Assembly: GCA_039586365.1 (NCBI GenBank)
Contig: JBDHKN010000047.1
Span: 1 to 36,846 of the forward strand
DNA: 36,846 bases
From: Gemmatimonadota bacterium
GTDB taxonomy: Bacteria > Gemmatimonadota > Gemmatimonadetes > Gemmatimonadales > GWC2-71-9
Reading direction: 5' to 3'
This document shows positions 17,075 to 26,951 of the stretch, piece by piece (positions within the stretch are counted from its first letter, which is position 1; every line of letters starts with the position of its first letter). Position numbers and translations under genes: made by a program. The notes under the pieces are model-generated. The model was not told where the DNA came from, did no database searches, and worked only from the letters and a program-made list of their open reading frames with translations.

Positions 17075-18312
17075 CCTGGTGCGCCAGAAACAGCATCGCC
17101 GCCACCACTGAAGCGAGCGAGGACGACAGCCGCCGTCATGTCGGCGGTGACGTTCGCGGCGGTGATGAACATGTCTACGACCAGGTCCAATGCAATGAGC
17201 AACCCGATCCCTTCCATGGGTAGCCCGAACACCATGTAGATCGGGGCTATGATGAGGAGACCACCGCTCGGGATGCCGGGCGAGTAGAAACTCAGAGCGG
17301 CGAGCGCCCCTGTGATGGCAACGATTTCCACCACGCCGAGATCGATTCCGTACAACTGAGCAATGAACAACGTCCCGGTGACGCGGGCGGTTGGTGAGGC
17401 GTACTTCAACAGGGCAACGGCGACCGGAAGTACGATCGCAGTCACCGGTGGAGGCAGCTTCAGGTCGTGGTCGGCCGCTTCGAGCATGGCAGGCAACGAC
17501 GCCAAAGACGACCGAGTGCTGAATCCAATCGCCTGCGCCGGTGCGCAGGCTCGAGCGAACCGTCGCAGGGAAATACCCCCGGCCAGCACCGCCACCGGAT
17601 AGAGTGCGACGAGTGCCAGCGACACCAAGCCACATGCAATCAGGAGAAAGACTCCCATCGCACCGACCAGGTCGGCTCCCGTGCGGGCGGTTAATGGCAT
17701 TACCAGACAGAACACGCCTATCGGGGCAACGATCAGAATCCACTCGACGATGACCAGCATCGCGCGCGACACGGCAGTGAAGAAGTTCACGAGGGTCTGT
17801 TTCTGTTCGCTCTCGAGACGGGTGACGGCCAGCGCGAGGATGGCGGAGAACACGACGAGAGGCAGCATCTCGCCGTCCGCTGCGGCTCGAATGGGATTGG
17901 ACGGAATCAGGTTGACGACCCAATCACGAAAGGGAGGCAGTTCCACCTGCGTGGCGGACGTCGTTTCCCTCAGAGCGGCAAAGGCCGTGCCGTCGAAGGG
18001 AGTCAGTGCCAACAGCGGCGGCCCCGCAACAGCGGCGAGCAGCGCAGCGCCCGTGACGAGGAGGACAAAGAGAGCGACGGCGCGGCCTCCAATGCGAGCC
18101 GCCCCGCCGGCCGAGCTGGAGGCGACACCGGTGATGATCAGCGAGACGACGAGCGGGACCACCGTCATGCGGATGGCGTTGACCCAGAGGGTGCCAATCG
18201 GCTCAACGGCAGCAGTCGCAGTGAGCAGCGTGGGGTGCTGGGTCCATGAGACGATTACACCGCCCGTAAGGCCGGCCACGAGGGCCGCGAGTACTCGAAC
18301 GGTCAAGGACAT
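17071..18312 (-). CDS. Dicarboxylate/amino acid:cation symporter (GltP/DctA family)
   Basis: AIRMTVVPLVV, NLIPSNP, APIGVF, FSTRSSLASLP, PGIPSGG and DMFITAANVTAD. Start set at ATG 18312 (ORF track 18375). Confidence 0.92.
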   Translation of the reverse strand: MSLTVRVLAALVAGLTGGVIVSWTQHPTLLTATAAVEPIGTLWVNAIRMTVVPLVVSLIITGVASSSAGGAARIGGRAVALFVLLVTGAALLAAVAGPPLLALTPFDGTAFAALRETTSATQVELPPFRDWVVNLIPSNPIRAAADGEMLPLVVFSAILALAVTRLESEQKQTLVNFFTAVSRAMLVIVEWILIVAPIGVFCLVMPLTARTGADLVGAMGVFLLIACGLVSLALVALYPVAVLAGGISLRRFARACAPAQAIGFSTRSSLASLPAMLEAADHDLKLPPPVTAIVLPVAVALLKYASPTARVTGTLFIAQLYGIDLGVVEIVAITGALAALSFYSPGIPSGGLLIIAPIYMVFGLPMEGIGLLIALDLVVDMFITAANVTADMTAAVVLARFSGGGDAVSGAPG

Positions 18313-18453
18313 ATCTGTGCGCGTTGGGATCGGGTGTGCTAGAATCTGGCTTGTTGGGTCGGAAGGCGCCAACATCGTGTCCCGTGAGGACCCGCGGAAG
18401 GCGAGGCATAGCAGGACAGACGGATCCCCACTGCAACTGGATCGTGAGAGGTT

Positions 18454-19401
18454 CTAGGGCATCACCTCCAGGCCTGCCGGCTGGCTATCCCGACGCATCG
18501 CTCTGAGCTGGAGGGAGGACGCCGCCGCCACGGTCAGCGGCACACCGGCCCGCAACAGAGCCCACAGCACGAGAATGGCACCCGCCACCGCCGCTTGCAG
18601 GCCCATCGACGCAAGTGCAGCGCCAGCGCTCACTTCTACCACGCCGAATCCCTGAGGGATTACCAGAGACCGCGCCAGAACAGACACTAGCAGGAACAGC
18701 AGCATCGTATCAGCCGCGGTCACTGCAATTCCTAGTGCCACGAAGCTGAGATGCAGTGCCAACCACTCGCAAGCGTACCCCATCATGAGAATCGTGTATG
18801 CGGCCAATCGCTCGGCCAGCGAGATGCGCGTTGCGATGCGGGCGATCGACCTGGCAACGTCACCAATCTTCACGTAGCGGGCGAGGCGCCCTGCCGGTCG
18901 AGTCCGCAACGAGTAGAGGAGCGCCAGCAGCCCCACTAGAACCATGCCTGCCAAGGTCACCGGTTGTTTGAGGCTGCCAGGAGATGCAGAGGCGAAGGCA
19001 ACCGTGATTGCCATGCAGAGCAGCGTGACATGCACTCGAAAGGTCCGGGTGACCACGGAGGCGGCAGCGGTGGACTCATAGGCCAGTCCGAGGTGCTTCT
19101 TACCGTACAGCGAGCGCAGCAGATCGGTGCCAAGGTTCATGGGGGTGAGCAGGCCGACGAGTGAGGCCAGGCTCAATGCCAGTGAGGGTCGAGCTGGCAC
19201 GTTGCAGTTCCCTTTCTTCAGTATGCCAACCCATACACCGCTCCAGCAGACAAGGCTAAGGGCGGAGCAGCATACCGCCCCCGCTAGCAGGGATGGGCTC
19301 GCCATCTGGAGCACCGGCAGTGGGTCGGTGACAAAGATGAGCCCCCCGATAGTTGCAGCCGCGGCTCCGGCGCCCATGAGTTCCAGGCTACCCAGCTTCA
19401 C
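18454..19401 (-). CDS. Lysylphosphatidylglycerol synthase TM-domain / flippase-like membrane protein (UPF0104-like)
   Basis: Multi-TM protein with LLTPMNLGTDLLR and IPQGFGVVE motifs. Overlaps the radical SAM stop. RBS GAGGGGAG. Confidence 0.75.
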   Translation of the reverse strand: MKLGSLELMGAGAAAATIGGLIFVTDPLPVLQMASPSLLAGAVCCSALSLVCWSGVWVGILKKGNCNVPARPSLALSLASLVGLLTPMNLGTDLLRSLYGKKHLGLAYESTAAASVVTRTFRVHVTLLCMAITVAFASASPGSLKQPVTLAGMVLVGLLALLYSLRTRPAGRLARYVKIGDVARSIARIATRISLAERLAAYTILMMGYACEWLALHLSFVALGIAVTAADTMLLFLLVSVLARSLVIPQGFGVVEVSAGAALASMGLQAAVAGAILVLWALLRAGVPLTVAAASSLQLRAMRRDSQPAGLEVMP

Positions 19402-20458
19402 GCCGCCCTCCCCTCAGGCCGTGTCTCCGTCGCCCATGGTTGTGCGCGAGTACCGATAGCCCGAGGCGCAACTTCTCGTAGCAGCCCTTCACGGACATCG
19501 TGGTGTCCGACTCCCCCCTAAAGGCGTACCAACATCCACGGCACTGGTCCACTTGCGCCATAGCTTCTGGCGACCTCACCACGGCCAGGTCATCGTGCAG
19601 CAGATGGCCGGCGGCGGGCATGTCAACGCAGGGGTGAACGTACCCGTAGGGATCAACGCTGAAATACTTGCGGCCGGCGCTGCAGGTCGGGTGCGTCGAG
19701 CGATCCCCGAACGACCGAAATCCCTGCAAGTAGCTCTCAGATGACAGCATGTTGCGACTGCTCTTTCTCAACCGGACTAGTCCTGTGACTAGACTATCAG
19801 TTACTGGAGCGTTGAAATCAGGATTCCCAGTCTTGTTCTCGTGATACGGCTGTAGCACGACGTAGACGCCGCGGTCGCCAGCGAACTCCACAATGCGCTC
19901 TATCTCCCGCAAGTTCAGGCGCGACACGACGCACATGATGCCACCCGAGCGGTGGCCTTGGAGGAACTCCTCCCTCAGCCACTCAACACTCTGGAGGACC
20001 TTGCGGTGGGACCCGTCGATACCCCGCTGCCGGTCGTGGACAGCCGGATCGAGAGAGTCGAGCGAAACGAGCAGGTTGTCCAAGCCCGCCTCCTTGAGCC
20101 CCCGGACCCGCTCACGCGTCAGCAAGCTCCCATTGGTGACGGCGGACGTCCACATGCCGTGGCCCGACGCATGCGCGACGATCTCTGCTAGATCCCGCCT
20201 CACGGTCGGTTCCCCTCCCGTGAAGTTGACCGCCCTGCAGCCGTGGTCGTACAGCTTGTCGAGTCCCCTGCGGATTTCGGGTAACTGCAGTTCCTGGTCG
20301 GGCCGGCTCGGTTCCTTCCAATAGTCACAGATGGCGCACCTGGCCGTGCACCTGTAGGTCAACTCCCACAGACAGTAGAGAACACGTCTGCCCGCCAGCG
20401 CCGAGATCCCGGCCGACAGCGCGAACCGAAATGCATCCGGGAATGTCCGCATGCCCAC
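19388..20458 (-). CDS. Radical SAM protein with SPASM/Twitch domain
   Basis: CTARCAIC, TGGEP, TNGSLL and VSLDS motifs, plus C-terminal CSAG…VDPYG…HPC…CRGC. ATG 20452 is an alternative start. Confidence 0.93.
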   Translation of the reverse strand: MGMRTFPDAFRFALSAGISALAGRRVLYCLWELTYRCTARCAICDYWKEPSRPDQELQLPEIRRGLDKLYDHGCRAVNFTGGEPTVRRDLAEIVAHASGHGMWTSAVTNGSLLTRERVRGLKEAGLDNLLVSLDSLDPAVHDRQRGIDGSHRKVLQSVEWLREEFLQGHRSGGIMCVVSRLNLREIERIVEFAGDRGVYVVLQPYHENKTGNPDFNAPVTDSLVTGLVRLRKSSRNMLSSESYLQGFRSFGDRSTHPTCSAGRKYFSVDPYGYVHPCVDMPAAGHLLHDDLAVVRSPEAMAQVDQCRGCWYAFRGESDTTMSVKGCYEKLRLGLSVLAHNHGRRRHGLRGGRREAG

Positions 20459-20496
20459 CTTCCGCCTAGAAGCCAGGCGAACAGTAGGACGACGCG

Positions 20497-20516
20497 GTCA
20501 AGGACGCGTCAAGGAC
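20497..20516. promoter_or_regulatory. Direct repeat GTCAAGGAC x2 with an 11-bp period; candidate OmpR/PhoB-family binding box
   Basis: Exact 9-mers at 20497-20505 and 20508-20516, about 40 nt upstream of the radical SAM start. Confidence 0.45.
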
Positions 20517-20590
20517 TGGGAGCGGGGGAGACGGAGTCGCTTGACCTCTACGACCTCGCCTTCGGAACCTGTGTCTTCCGAACTTGGAGG

Positions 20591-20983
20591 TTAGTGGAAT
20601 ATCCCCTCTAAGATGTCGACAATTAGGCCACTGGCCTCAAGCAACACGATACGGTCCCCGAAGATCGTTATCTCAAACCCCTCTCTGGCCGGAAGTGCCG
20701 TGACGAGATCAGGCGGCAGAGTACGTTTCGCTATCCCGGGAGGCAGCGGCTTGCCACGGGCGAGCTTCTTGACGATACCCGGAGGCAGTGCCTCCACAGT
20801 GTAGGCATGCCTGGTGAAGTAGTCGGCTATGGCCTGTCGCTCAGTGGAGGAGAATCCCGACGCCACCTGCGCCGCCGGGTTTGAACTCTTCTGCTTCCCC
20901 CGTCCAGCGTCCTGAGCTGATGCGGTGGCCGCTAGCGGTAGAACGATCAGTAGCACAGTGAGCACGAGGTTCGCTGGACGCAT
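20591..20983 (-). CDS. Secreted small protein with LPPG repeats (CigR/RcnB-like)
   Basis: Signal peptide ASA^Q and LPPGIVKKLARGKPLPPGIAK motif. Start set at ATG 20983 after GGAG (ORF track 21133). Confidence 0.75.
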   Translation of the reverse strand: MRPANLVLTVLLIVLPLAATASAQDAGRGKQKSSNPAAQVASGFSSTERQAIADYFTRHAYTVEALPPGIVKKLARGKPLPPGIAKRTLPPDLVTALPAREGFEITIFGDRIVLLEASGLIVDILEGIFH

Positions 20984-21352
20984 ATTGGGTCTCCAGGTCA
21001 ACGGCCTAGCCTCTGAGCCGGGCGTTCCAAATTGGTTTGGCGTCATCGCCCGATGGGTGAACTCGATCTTTGTGAAGCTGTCTCGAGCGACTGCACCCAT
21101 ACGTGGAAGACGCGACACCCCAAACTGAGGCAACGGTACGGCTCCAGCTCGCTGCGCGAGGTGACGCGAATCACTGGAGCAGTCCGGCTCCGCAGCGACC
21201 TACTTAGCATAGGAACACTCGGTGGCTGTTTGGGCAGCGGCGCCGCTAGTCCTGGCACCGACGCTCCGAAGACCCTGGGAGCCTGACAGCCTCCGCGCCC
21301 CAGATCAGCGACCTGCGGGCAGAACCGGCGTGGGATCAGTCCGGGCGTACCG

Positions 21353-22240
21353 CTACCGTCCGGTCGACCAGTGTTCCCATCGAGCCTTTGCGAGAGCAGC
21401 CGGGCCGTGCACCAGATGACACTTGGCACAGCTCTCCATACCAATCTGCTGGCCGAGTTCCGCCGCCGCAGCTGCATCGGGAGTATCGCTCTGGAGCACC
21501 GCACCGAGCCGTTGCACCGTCTGCTGCACGCCTGCGTCGATGAAGTACTCCCGTTCCGTCGCGTGGCAGGCCACGCAGGCGGTCGCAAGCAGTCTGAACC
21601 TCGCCTGGAACGTCGCGAACTGCGTGCGGGCATTGTCCGGTTGCTGCTGGCGAAGATCAGCACCTATTCCAACGAAGGCAGTCTCCATCTCCTGCATGAG
21701 CTGCCTGTAGCTCAACTCCCGGCCCGAAGAGGGATCTACCAGGCGGATCTTCGCAAAGTCGCCCCACCGATACCGGTAGTGCACCTTCGCCATGTTGGCG
21801 ACGTGGCACTCGTGACAAACCGCACCCACGCCTTCAAACGCCGCGCCGATTCGCTCGGGGTCGCCGGATTCCACGGCAGCCACCAATGTGTCCACCGGAC
21901 CTGCCGGATAGCCTGCCTGCCATTCGGGCACTAACCGCGACACCGCCACGTACTCGTTCCTGAAACGCTCCAGGCCTGCGCGGGCGTGCTCCACATCCTG
22001 CTCGAACACGTCGACCGCGATCCCGCTAAAGGCTTCGCCCAATTCCAGCATCCGCTGTAGCATTACTGGTCCCGGGGCGACGGGTGGGTAGAGACTGTCT
22101 AGCGAGCTGGGTGGTGGACCCACCATGTTTCGAAGCTCGGCCACTTCCTCTCTCAGCCTGGAGAGTTCCTCATTTTGTTCCCCAGCGCAGCCGGTCAACA
22201 CGATCACGACCACGGTCGTGACGCATGTGAGTGTTCTCAA
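21353..22240 (-). CDS. Triheme c-type cytochrome lipoprotein (helical, cytochrome c'-like repeats)
   Basis: Three CxxCH motifs (CHECH, CVACH, CAKCH), lipobox LTGC, and TTG start preceded by AGGAGG. Confidence 0.85.
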   Translation of the reverse strand: MRTLTCVTTVVVIVLTGCAGEQNEELSRLREEVAELRNMVGPPPSSLDSLYPPVAPGPVMLQRMLELGEAFSGIAVDVFEQDVEHARAGLERFRNEYVAVSRLVPEWQAGYPAGPVDTLVAAVESGDPERIGAAFEGVGAVCHECHVANMAKVHYRYRWGDFAKIRLVDPSSGRELSYRQLMQEMETAFVGIGADLRQQQPDNARTQFATFQARFRLLATACVACHATEREYFIDAGVQQTVQRLGAVLQSDTPDAAAAAELGQQIGMESCAKCHLVHGPAALAKARWEHWSTGR

Positions 22241-22304
22241 GATCCACCTCCTGTAAGACCAGCGACTGTTCGGCGACCCCGCGGAATGCGAGCGTCGTCA
22301 GCAG

Positions 22305-24932
22305 TCACATCACTCCACGGACCAAGCGCCCGAACGCCGAATCCCCTTGCAGGGACGCGAAGTTCGGATCGATCCTCAACCAGCCAGGTGACACCAAATA
22401 CGGGGTGGACAGCAGCGACCGTATCGTCTCGAGGGCCCGCGCCCGCTCGCCAACCAGCGAGTAGACGCGCGCTAGCTGGTGCTCGTAATAGGGCCCGTTG
22501 TACGCATCGCGACTGCTAGGAGCGAGCGAGACAGCGTGCTCGGCCGCGCTGATCGCTTCAGCCCCGCGACCCAAATAGGCGAGCACCAAAGCGTGGGTCG
22601 CATGCAGCTGAGCGTCGTCGGGTGCGTCTGCCAACTGACTCTCTAGGGCAATCCTCGCGGAGTCGGCATACACGCGGGCCCGCGCGGTGTCACCGCGCAG
22701 CCAGGCCGTCCCTGCAAGGATGACTCCCCAGGCAGCACGATCGTCGTCGAACGCCGCGGGCGACAGTCGCAGCAGCAATTCTTGCTGACTGTCATTCAGC
22801 ACCCAGTACAGGTCCCAGAAGTACGCGAAGTACGCCACCAGCGTGGTCTGCTCGACCTCGCGGGGCACAGCCGCGATCACCCCCCGTGCCATCCCCAAAT
22901 CACCGCGTCCCAAATGAGCCGCGGCCATTCGTTGCAGTAAATCCAGATTCGCCGGCGCCAGAGCGAGACCGCGCTCGGCGGCCTCCATCGCCTCCGGGTA
23001 GCGACGCAAATATAGCAGCGTGGTGGCTAGCCGCCGGGCTGTCGTCACCGACCGGGGGTCGACTACCTGAGCCCGCTGCAAATTGACCAGCGCCGAATCC
23101 CATTGGCCCAGCCCCTGCTGGATGACCGACATTTGGCTCAGGACGGCAGCATCGTTCGGCGCCCGGCGCTGCCCCTCCAGTAACTCCGCAAGTGCCCAGC
23201 GATAGTCCCCCTCCACGGCCAGGTAGTAGGATGCGAGTGCGAGCGGTCCCTCGGCCCCCCGACCACCGAGAGCATGTGCCCGCTCGGCCGCACGCTGTGC
23301 CGCTTCGGCTGCGGCTTCCGAGGGAACGGAGTTGGCGTAGATAGCCGCCCGTGCGCGCGCCAGCTGCGACCACGCCGCCGCGAATCCGGTGTCGAGGGCA
23401 GTTGCCTGCTCGTAGTACGCCACCGCTCGTCTGAGCGTCGCAGGATTCAGCACTGAGACTCCCCCGGACAGCTCTTCGCCCCTCACGAAGGCGTCGTAGG
23501 CCGCCAAGCTCTGCGTCGGAGGACTCGTCAGCGTGCGCCGCTCCCTCTCCCCGAGTGCCAAACCCAGCGCCCGCGCTACTTGTCCGGCGATATCCGCCTG
23601 CACGCGGAAGACGTCCGTCATCGTGGCATCGAACGGCCGGTGCCAACGAAGTGTCGGCGCCCCACTCCCCGCAAACGAGACCAACTCGGCGCTCACGTGC
23701 ACCCTGGGCGCGGGAGTAGCTGAGTGATCCCACCGCACCGTGCCAGTGAGCAGGTACTGTACACCGAGTTCGCTGGCGATCTGCCCGTGGGACAGCGTGC
23801 TCTTCTTGAAAGGTGTTGAGCTGCTGCGCGCTATCACCAGTACTCCGGGCAGGGCTGCCAGCTTTCCCCGCACCTCATCCGTCATGCCGTCCGCGAAATA
23901 GTCCTGTTCGGGCGCTCCCAGGTTCTCGAAGGGGATCACCGCGAGATGCATCGGCCCCTCGCCTGAGACCGTGTCACCTCTGCCGAGCCGAAGGAAAAGC
24001 GCTGCCACCCCTACCGCAGCGACGAATCCGAATTGCAGCGCTCGTCGTACACGTCTTTGCCGACGTGGCCGCTCAGCTACCGTCGCGGACCCGACCGAGG
24101 CGGTAGTTCCGGCGGTCTTTGCCAACTCCACGGCCCGGCTGAAAGCCGCCATCGACGCATAGCGATCCGCCGGAGCCGCAGCGAGCGCTTTGGCTATCAC
24201 ACCGTCGAGCGCCGCTGGCACCGCTGGCCGCAGCGAGTGAATGGATTGCGGTGCCTCCGTCATCGCCCGGGAGGCGATCGCATACACACTTGAACCGGTG
24301 AAGGGGGCTTCACCTGCGAGCATCTCGTGTAGCACACAGCCGAGGGCGTACACATCCGTGCGGGCGTCGAGGTCCTGCTGTCCATTCAGCTGTTCGGGAC
24401 TCATATAAGCCGGCGTGCCGATGGCCACACCGCTCTCGGTGAGATGACCTGCGGCGGTGACCGGCCGGGCGATGCCGAAGTCGGCCACCAGAGCGTCGCT
24501 CCCACTCAGGAGAACGTTCTCCGGCTTGATGTCACGATGAATTATGCCGTGATCATGTGCATGCCCGAGCGCGTCAGCCACGTCGCGGGTGATGCGCAAT
24601 GCCTCCTCCAGGGGGAGCTGGTGCTCGCGATCCAAGCGCTGGCGTAGCGATTCGCCGCGAACGTACGGCATCACGTAGTAGACCAGCCCGTCGACCTCGC
24701 CCGAGTCGTGCAACGGGAGGATATGAGGGTGGGCGAGGTTGGCTGCGATCCGGATCTCCCGCCTGAACCGATCCTGCCCGAGCGCGGAAGCGACCTCCGG
24801 GCGCAACAACTTGAGCGCGACCGGCCGATCGTGCTTGAGGTCGCGTGCCAGGTAAACGGTCGCCATGCCACCCTCACCGAGCTTGTGCTCTAAGGCATAG
24901 CGATCACCGAGGACCGCCAGGAGACGGTCCAA
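22305..24932 (-). CDS. Hanks-type Ser/Thr protein kinase with TM, TolB_N-like and TPR domains
   Basis: LGEGGMATVY, VALK, HRDIKPEN, DFGIA and GTPAYMSPEQ motifs. AVIPFENLG…YFADGMTDE segment, followed by TPR-like repeats. Confidence 0.95.
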   Translation of the reverse strand: MDRLLAVLGDRYALEHKLGEGGMATVYLARDLKHDRPVALKLLRPEVASALGQDRFRREIRIAANLAHPHILPLHDSGEVDGLVYYVMPYVRGESLRQRLDREHQLPLEEALRITRDVADALGHAHDHGIIHRDIKPENVLLSGSDALVADFGIARPVTAAGHLTESGVAIGTPAYMSPEQLNGQQDLDARTDVYALGCVLHEMLAGEAPFTGSSVYAIASRAMTEAPQSIHSLRPAVPAALDGVIAKALAAAPADRYASMAAFSRAVELAKTAGTTASVGSATVAERPRRQRRVRRALQFGFVAAVGVAALFLRLGRGDTVSGEGPMHLAVIPFENLGAPEQDYFADGMTDEVRGKLAALPGVLVIARSSSTPFKKSTLSHGQIASELGVQYLLTGTVRWDHSATPAPRVHVSAELVSFAGSGAPTLRWHRPFDATMTDVFRVQADIAGQVARALGLALGERERRTLTSPPTQSLAAYDAFVRGEELSGGVSVLNPATLRRAVAYYEQATALDTGFAAAWSQLARARAAIYANSVPSEAAAEAAQRAAERAHALGGRGAEGPLALASYYLAVEGDYRWALAELLEGQRRAPNDAAVLSQMSVIQQGLGQWDSALVNLQRAQVVDPRSVTTARRLATTLLYLRRYPEAMEAAERGLALAPANLDLLQRMAAAHLGRGDLGMARGVIAAVPREVEQTTLVAYFAYFWDLYWVLNDSQQELLLRLSPAAFDDDRAAWGVILAGTAWLRGDTARARVYADSARIALESQLADAPDDAQLHATHALVLAYLGRGAEAISAAEHAVSLAPSSRDAYNGPYYEHQLARVYSLVGERARALETIRSLLSTPYLVSPGWLRIDPNFASLQGDSAFGRLVRGVM

Positions 24933-25121
24933 TGAATGGTCCGACGTGGGCGACTCCGCTGATCCGACGCGCCAAACTATAATCGGCCGTCGGCCTTGAG
25001 GCCAGCTTACTCAACAGGGTTATTGGTTCCCCGCAAGGCCGGGCCGTTGCCGACGATCCTCGACGGGCAACGGCGCCACCAACAGGATTCATTCCAGCGT
25101 GGTATCACTTTGGATTATCGC

Positions 25122-26918
25122 TTAGCGACGCAGACCTTCAATCGCCCACACCTCGAAGTGGAACGGCTCCTCCGCAATGAAGGCGAGTTGCTTTCCATCG
25201 GGACTGACGCTACCAGCGGAGTAAGGCATCTCCGTCGGGAGTTGAATCTTCCCCAGATGGCGTGGCTCTGCCCCGCTCACCGACGCCAACCAGACGTCGT
25301 TTTCTGAGAAGTACAGGAACTGTCGGGAGTCGGGGAACCACAGGGGCGGGCCCCAAGCACCGGGAACCTCACGTGACTCGCCCGACAGCAACACGATCTC
25401 CAGCTTCGATGATCGTCCTTGTTGGCTATAGAGCCCGATCGCCAGGTAGCGACCGTCCGGCGACATCTCGTACCCGTACATGTACGGGGGCACCGTGCGG
25501 GCAAGCAATTCTGTTTCCTGACCGGACTCGGGATCGAACCGAACAACTCTCGCGGTGCCGGAGGCCTGCGGCACCAGATACGTAACGGCGGCGCCCTCAC
25601 CCGCCCACCCCACCCACTCGATCATCCGCTCCCACAGCGACCGGGTGCTCGTGATGGTCGTGCGCGCTCCCGTCTCGACATCGATGCTGTACACCAGCTC
25701 GCCTGGCGGCGCCAGAGGATCCCAACCGTTGGCCAGGAGAGAGCGACCGTCGGAGGACCACCGTGGGTACAGCCGATGCAGGATATCCACGTCCTGCGGC
25801 AGGGTCCGCACCTCGCCGGTCTCCACCGACCGTACGGTCACGGTCCAGGCGTTGGCCGACACGCCGCCAGCCGGGGATACGTACGCGAGCCGGCTGCCGT
25901 CGGGCGACCAGTCGACGCCGCTGTTGTGAAACGCAGGAGCTACGTATTGCGGTGTGTACTGCCGATCCGTCGAGTCCGAATCGAGTTCTGTCAGATAGAG
26001 CTCACACCGTCCGCGGCGGACGAGGTAGTAGTACGAGCCGTCCGCAGTGAAGCCGAGCGGCTCCAGCTGACCCACTTCATCGGCCAGCATCTCGGGTACG
26101 CCTTGCGCCTCTCCCTCTGCGACTGGTATCCACCACAGGTCCACCTTGCCCGAGCGGTCGCTGGCGAACACGATGCCGCCGCCATCCGGAGTCCAGCCCA
26201 GGAGGCGATCATCGGCGGCGCGCTGCATGAGGATGCCCTGTTGGGTCCCATCTGCCTTCACGACGTGGATGTCATGGTTCGGAGCGTCGCTACGCACGGA
26301 TACGTCGTAGGCCACGAAGCGACCATCGGGAGAGAAAGCCATTGTTCGGGGAGACTCGCCCCACACCGGACTCGACGGACCCTGCAGCCGCGGTTTCACG
26401 GGGATCGACAGCAGCTGCTGGAACGATCCGTCCACCACCGAGACGAATCCAATCCGACCGCTCGAATCCGCCCGCAGTTGAACGACCAGCAGCTGCTGTC
26501 CGTCCGGTGACCACGCCTTAGGCACCGTGTATCGCACGGTCGGGTTGCGGTAGAGAATCCGAGGTTCCGAACCGCCGGTTTCGACCACGCGAATGTCGAT
26601 GTAGCCCTCCTCATTCTGCCACGCGTAGCCGATTCGTTCGCCATCCGGGGAGAACACGGCCGCCAGCACCACCTGGGGCAACTGTGCATTGGTCAGGTTG
26701 CGGGCCTCATCGGTGGCCACGTCGCGGATGCTGAGGTTCCCGAACGTCATCCCTGCAGCCATTTCGGCGAAGAGCTTCCCGTCTGGCGACACCGAGAACG
26801 GCGCCGCGCGCCCACTGGGTACATCAACGACCCTGGATGCTTGCGCCGACAGCTGCGGCGCCATGAGCGCCAGCACTGGAAGCCAGACGAGCAAACATCG
26901 CTCATGTGGTTGAATCAT
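25122..26918 (-). CDS. Secreted PD40/TolB-like beta-propeller protein
   Basis: Signal peptide LSA^Q and many (W/F)SPDG repeats. Confidence 0.88.
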   Translation of the reverse strand: MIQPHERCLLVWLPVLALMAPQLSAQASRVVDVPSGRAAPFSVSPDGKLFAEMAAGMTFGNLSIRDVATDEARNLTNAQLPQVVLAAVFSPDGERIGYAWQNEEGYIDIRVVETGGSEPRILYRNPTVRYTVPKAWSPDGQQLLVVQLRADSSGRIGFVSVVDGSFQQLLSIPVKPRLQGPSSPVWGESPRTMAFSPDGRFVAYDVSVRSDAPNHDIHVVKADGTQQGILMQRAADDRLLGWTPDGGGIVFASDRSGKVDLWWIPVAEGEAQGVPEMLADEVGQLEPLGFTADGSYYYLVRRGRCELYLTELDSDSTDRQYTPQYVAPAFHNSGVDWSPDGSRLAYVSPAGGVSANAWTVTVRSVETGEVRTLPQDVDILHRLYPRWSSDGRSLLANGWDPLAPPGELVYSIDVETGARTTITSTRSLWERMIEWVGWAGEGAAVTYLVPQASGTARVVRFDPESGQETELLARTVPPYMYGYEMSPDGRYLAIGLYSQQGRSSKLEIVLLSGESREVPGAWGPPLWFPDSRQFLYFSENDVWLASVSGAEPRHLGKIQLPTEMPYSAGSVSPDGKQLAFIAEEPFHFEVWAIEGLRR

Positions 26919-26951
26919 CTCACCCCCCAGTCAATTGCGCTGCTGTGAACC

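Noticed and set aside
16436..17923. 495-aa minus-strand ORF
   Set aside because: Arg-rich alternate frame overlapping the symporter and antisense to TlpA; a typical high-GC artefact.
20561..20582. Inverted repeat TTCGGAA-N8-TTCCGAA after the CigR-like gene
   Set aside because: No U-tract, so it cannot be called an intrinsic terminator; function unsupported.
25419..26510. 363-aa plus-strand ORF (similarly 32157..33323 and 34589..35623)
   Set aside because: Antisense shadows of the PD40, kinase and regulator genes; no recognisable domains.
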